Shown in pieces: positions 61,266-64,000 of a stretch of 64,000 bases of DNA. The notes under the pieces were generated by a model that had not been told where the DNA came from, did not search any database, and worked only from the letters and a program-made list of their open reading frames with translations. Source of the stretch: Bacilli bacterium (GTDB lineage: Bacteria > Bacillota_I > Bacilli_A > RFN20 > CAG-826); the NCBI GenBank assembly GCA_022653695.1, contig JALCSW010000002.1:342605-406604 (forward strand). The letters run 5' to 3'. Position 1 is the first letter of the stretch; each line of letters opens with the position of its first letter. The position numbers and the translations under genes are program-made.

Positions 61266-62334
61266 TCAACTATCGCCGCTGGTTCTAGCTTTTTTGGTTC
61301 GCTTCTTCGCGAAAACCCAAACGAGTTGGACGAAATAATTGATCACGAAAAGGATGGCATCGACGACGATCTTGATGAGGATCAGGCTGCTGGGGAGATA
61401 ATCGAAAGCGTACACGAGCGCGATCCCCAATCCCATGTTCACGAAATACAAAGCGGCGTATTTGGCGATCTTCCCGCCAACGTCGCCCGAATGGGGGAAG
61501 ACGAGGAAATTGTTCGCGCAGAAATTCAAAGGTCCCGAAATGAGGCGGGAAATAACGATGGCGAGGGCGATCTTCCAGCCCGCGAGTTCCGGCAGGACGC
61601 CAAAGAAAAGGGCCGCCAAACCTTCGTCGACGCCGAAGCTCGCCAAAGCGACGAGGGTATATAGAATCGGGGTTCGGTAAATCCTAAAAGAATCGACGAC
61701 CGGGTCGAAATGGCTGTCTTTGTTGTCGTCGTAGATGGTTTGGATACCTAGCTGCACCACGCGGGTCTCCCGCGCCGCCTCAAGAAGGAAATTCATCTCG
61801 TAATCGTAACGGGAGCCCTTGACTCGCAAGGCCAGCGGGAAAAGGGAAGCCGGGATCCCCCGGAGCCCCGTTTGGGTGTCACGAAGTTTGACGTGGGCGG
61901 CGAGAAGGAAATAAAGGCTCGAGAAACGGTTGCCCCAACGGTTGGGCCGCGGAACGTTTTTTCCCGAGAAATCGCGAACCCCCATGACGAGGGAGCCGGG
62001 GTTGGCCTCGAGGGGCGTCCCGAACCCGCAGAATGTCTTCGTAGGCGTGCTGGCCGTCCCCGTCCGCCGTCACGACTCCGCCGATGTCGGGGCGGTTCGC
62101 CCGGATGAATTCGAAAGCGGTTTTGAGGGCATGGCCTTTCCCGGCGTTTTCGGGATAGGAGATGACTTCGAACCCCGGAAGGGCCCGGATCTCGTCGAAA
62201 AGCGGCCGGCTCGCCTCCCCACTGCCGTCATCCACCACCACGAACGCGGAAAAATCCTTTGGATTCATGCGCTTGAGGAAAGGCACGACCTTGTCGTTAG
62301 GCATGTAAATGGGGATCAAAAGGGCTTGTTTCAT
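61266..62334 (-). pseudogene. Frameshifted bifunctional GT2 glycosyltransferase / GtrA-family gene
   Basis: ORF-track entries 61879..62382 and 61266..61985, in different frames, together encode one protein. Frame A reads MKQALLIPIY...VVVDDGSGE...TADGDGQHAYEDILRVRDA and then turns to Arg/Pro-rich nonsense. Frame B resumes LEANPGSLVMGVRDFSGKNVPRPNRWGNRFS, followed by a C-terminal 4-TM GtrA-like domain. Removing one G from GGGG at 62012-62015 restores ...RVRDALEANPGSLVMG.... The span is 1069 nt (3n+1). Confidence 0.7.
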
Positions 62335-62404
62335 GATCGGTTGAATCCGCGACGGGAACCTCGGCCAAGAAAACGGAGGCATGGGACGGAAACGGCGAGA
62401 AACC

Positions 62405-62818
62405 TCAAAAGATGCCGCGCCTCATGATGGCGATGAGTTTATCCATGTCGGTCGAAAGGGGGTAATCGGCGAGCCGCGGGGGCGTGATCCAAAAGACCTC
62501 GCCCTCATCCCCAGGCGTCAAGGCACCTTCGTAGCGGTTCGTCCGGTAAAGGGCCGCCACGTGGCGCACCCCCTTTTTGGGTTCGTTCCATTCGTAGACG
62601 CCGACTTCCTCGATCTGCGAGACGGTCAAACCCGTCTCCTCCTTCATCTCGCGGACCACCGAGGAGGCCATCGTCTCGTCTTTTTTGACGTGCCCGCCCG
62701 GAAAAGTGAGGCCCGGCCAGTCGCTTTTCGTCCGATTCTCGACGAGAAAACTGCCATCCGCGCGGTAGACCATGCACATATTCGTCAAGATGACGCGCTC
62801 GTTCAGTTTCATACCCAT
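62405..62818 (-). CDS. NUDIX hydrolase (MutT-like)
   Basis: Nudix box GGHVKKDETMASSVVREMKEETGL. 137 aa (or 135 from the second ATG at 62812, which lies 8 nt after TAAACT). Confidence 0.85.
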   Translation of the reverse strand: MGMKLNERVILTNMCMVYRADGSFLVENRTKSDWPGLTFPGGHVKKDETMASSVVREMKEETGLTVSQIEEVGVYEWNEPKKGVRHVAALYRTNRYEGALTPGDEGEVFWITPPRLADYPLSTDMDKLIAIMRRGIF

Positions 62819-62904
62819 TGAGTTTAATCTTCCGCGCGTGCGAGCGAAAGGAAAAACCCGCCGAGGTTGCCCGAGCCATCGTTTTTTCGCCCCCTCCCGC
62901 GCGA

Positions 62905-63918
62905 ATGCGCCATAATAGACCCGTGATTTTCCGTTTGAACGAAGCCGACGAAAGGAAATTCGGGGAACTCCTCTCCGTTTTCGACGCCAACGTCAGAGCC
63001 AGCGAGGCCTTGAACGAAAAGATGAAGGAAGCCGACCGCTCCTTGCTTAAGGAAGCCCGGGTTTTGAGACCCGAGGCCTACCGCCTCGACCCTTATTCCG
63101 AATCCGTGAAACCCGCCCGGCGGAAGTTCGGCTCGTGGGAGCTCACCTACGAACGCTATCGGCCGCGTCAGGTTTTCCTAAGCGACGCCGTCGCCTCTCT
63201 CGGCGCCCCTTTCTATGCGGAAAAGAACCCGCTTGGGTATTTCCCGCGCCCCTACGAATACCTGTGCCTCAAGGAAAGGGGGCGCACGTGGATGAGCGTG
63301 ATCCCCCACGAGATCAACACCATGCGCGCGCCTCTTTCCCGAATGAAGGGGCGCGTCGTCGCGATGGGCCTCGGACTTGGGTATTTCGCGTTCCGTTGCC
63401 TCCTTAAAAAGGAAGTCAGCCATCTTACCGTCGTCGAGAAAGACCCGCGTTTGATCCGCGTCTTCCGCGAATCGCTCGCGCCTTTCTTCCCGAACCTCGG
63501 GAAGTTGAGGCTTGTTGAAGGGAACGCTTTCGACGAGGCGACGGTCGGCCCCCTGTTAGAAGAGGCCGACTCCGTTTTCTACGACACCTGGCACGACGAG
63601 GACGACGGCTTGGCGATGCTGGGCGAGGCCTACCGGGCGGAAGCAAGATGCCCCCATGCCCATTTCGAGTATTGGATCGAGGGGAGTCTGCTCGCCTATT
63701 ACCGCCGCGCGCTCATCGTTTTGCTCGACGCCGCGGACCACTACCCTGAGGAAAAAGAGGAGGATGACGAACTGACATCGGCCACCAAAGCTGCGCTGAA
63801 GGAGACGAGGTTCCGCTCCTTCCGCGACATCGTCTCCCTCCTTGACGACGCAAGCCTTAAGAGCCTTTTGGGGCGCCTCGCCAAAGAAAGAAGCGGGGGC
63901 CCGCTTATGCTAAACTGA
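62905..63918 (+). CDS. Class I SAM-dependent methyltransferase / spermidine-synthase-like protein
   Basis: VVAMGLGLGYF (GxGxG) and VVEKD (acidic end of strand 2). Start is uncertain: ATG 62905, or GTG 62923, which sits 6 nt after CATAAT (62911-62916). The ORF-track TTG at 62818 is unlikely. Confidence 0.6.
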   Translation: MRHNRPVIFRLNEADERKFGELLSVFDANVRASEALNEKMKEADRSLLKEARVLRPEAYRLDPYSESVKPARRKFGSWELTYERYRPRQVFLSDAVASLGAPFYAEKNPLGYFPRPYEYLCLKERGRTWMSVIPHEINTMRAPLSRMKGRVVAMGLGLGYFAFRCLLKKEVSHLTVVEKDPRLIRVFRESLAPFFPNLGKLRLVEGNAFDEATVGPLLEEADSVFYDTWHDEDDGLAMLGEAYRAEARCPHAHFEYWIEGSLLAYYRRALIVLLDAADHYPEEKEEDDELTSATKAALKETRFRSFRDIVSLLDDASLKSLLGRLAKERSGGPLMLN

Positions 63919-63923
63919 AAGCC

Positions 63924-64000
63924 ATGCCCAATATCCTGACCCATTACACGTTCGCCAAAAAGAACGTTCTCGACCCCTCCCCCGGGCATCTGGACGCCAC
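63924..64000 (+). CDS. Partial CDS (first 25 codons), unknown
   Basis: ATG at 63924 gives MPNILTHYTFAKKNVLDPSPGHLDA and runs off the right edge. TAAACT lies 7 nt upstream. No call is possible from this fragment. Confidence 0.3.
   Translation, partial: MPNILTHYTFAKKNVLDPSPGHLDA

Noticed and set aside
62012-62015. Phase-variable switch at the G-run in the GT2-GtrA gene.
   Set aside because: Four Gs is well below the tract length usually associated with slipped-strand phase variation. A fixed frameshift or a sequencing error is more likely.

Overview
GC-rich, very gene-dense chromosomal segment with about 60 protein genes, 2 tRNAs, 2 pseudogenes, no rRNA, no CRISPR or repeat array, and no intact mobile element. 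It reads with the standard code. TGA is a stop, as shown by ten ATGA start/stop overlaps and by conserved proteins that are full length. Gene content and order fit a streamlined Bacillota/Mollicutes-like lineage (inference only). The main blocks are:
- A condensed version of the Bacillus gmk-priA-(def-fmt)-rsmB-rlmN-prpC-prkC-(rsgA)-rpe / rpmB neighbourhood (241-9400).
- A complete F1Fo operon atpIBEFHAGDC (17312-24230) inside one minus-strand string: pncA, pfp, atp, ATP-grasp.
- A 15-kb minus-strand string: giant gene, yigZ, pepP, glpK, addB, addA, unknown.
- A heterodimeric ABC exporter and many membrane and lipoprotein genes.

Most noteworthy observations:
- A 1,628-codon orphan gene for an acidic, membrane-anchored giant protein (38626-43512).
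- An F-type c subunit with the full Na+-binding signature, including two carboxylates.
- An RsmB homolog that has lost the SAM-binding motif and both catalytic Cys motifs.
- A frameshifted GT2-GtrA gene inside a putative envelope-lipid module.
- An orphan vsr.
- A decayed integrase next to a tRNA-Gly with a non-canonical T-loop.
- A recurring -10 box 6-9 nt upstream of start codons, suggesting leaderless mRNAs.
- Four convergent gene pairs that end back-to-back.

I found no canonical defence island or toxin-antitoxin pair. The many long ORFs antisense to conserved genes are GC-driven artefacts. All family calls rest on motif reading by eye; no database search was run.
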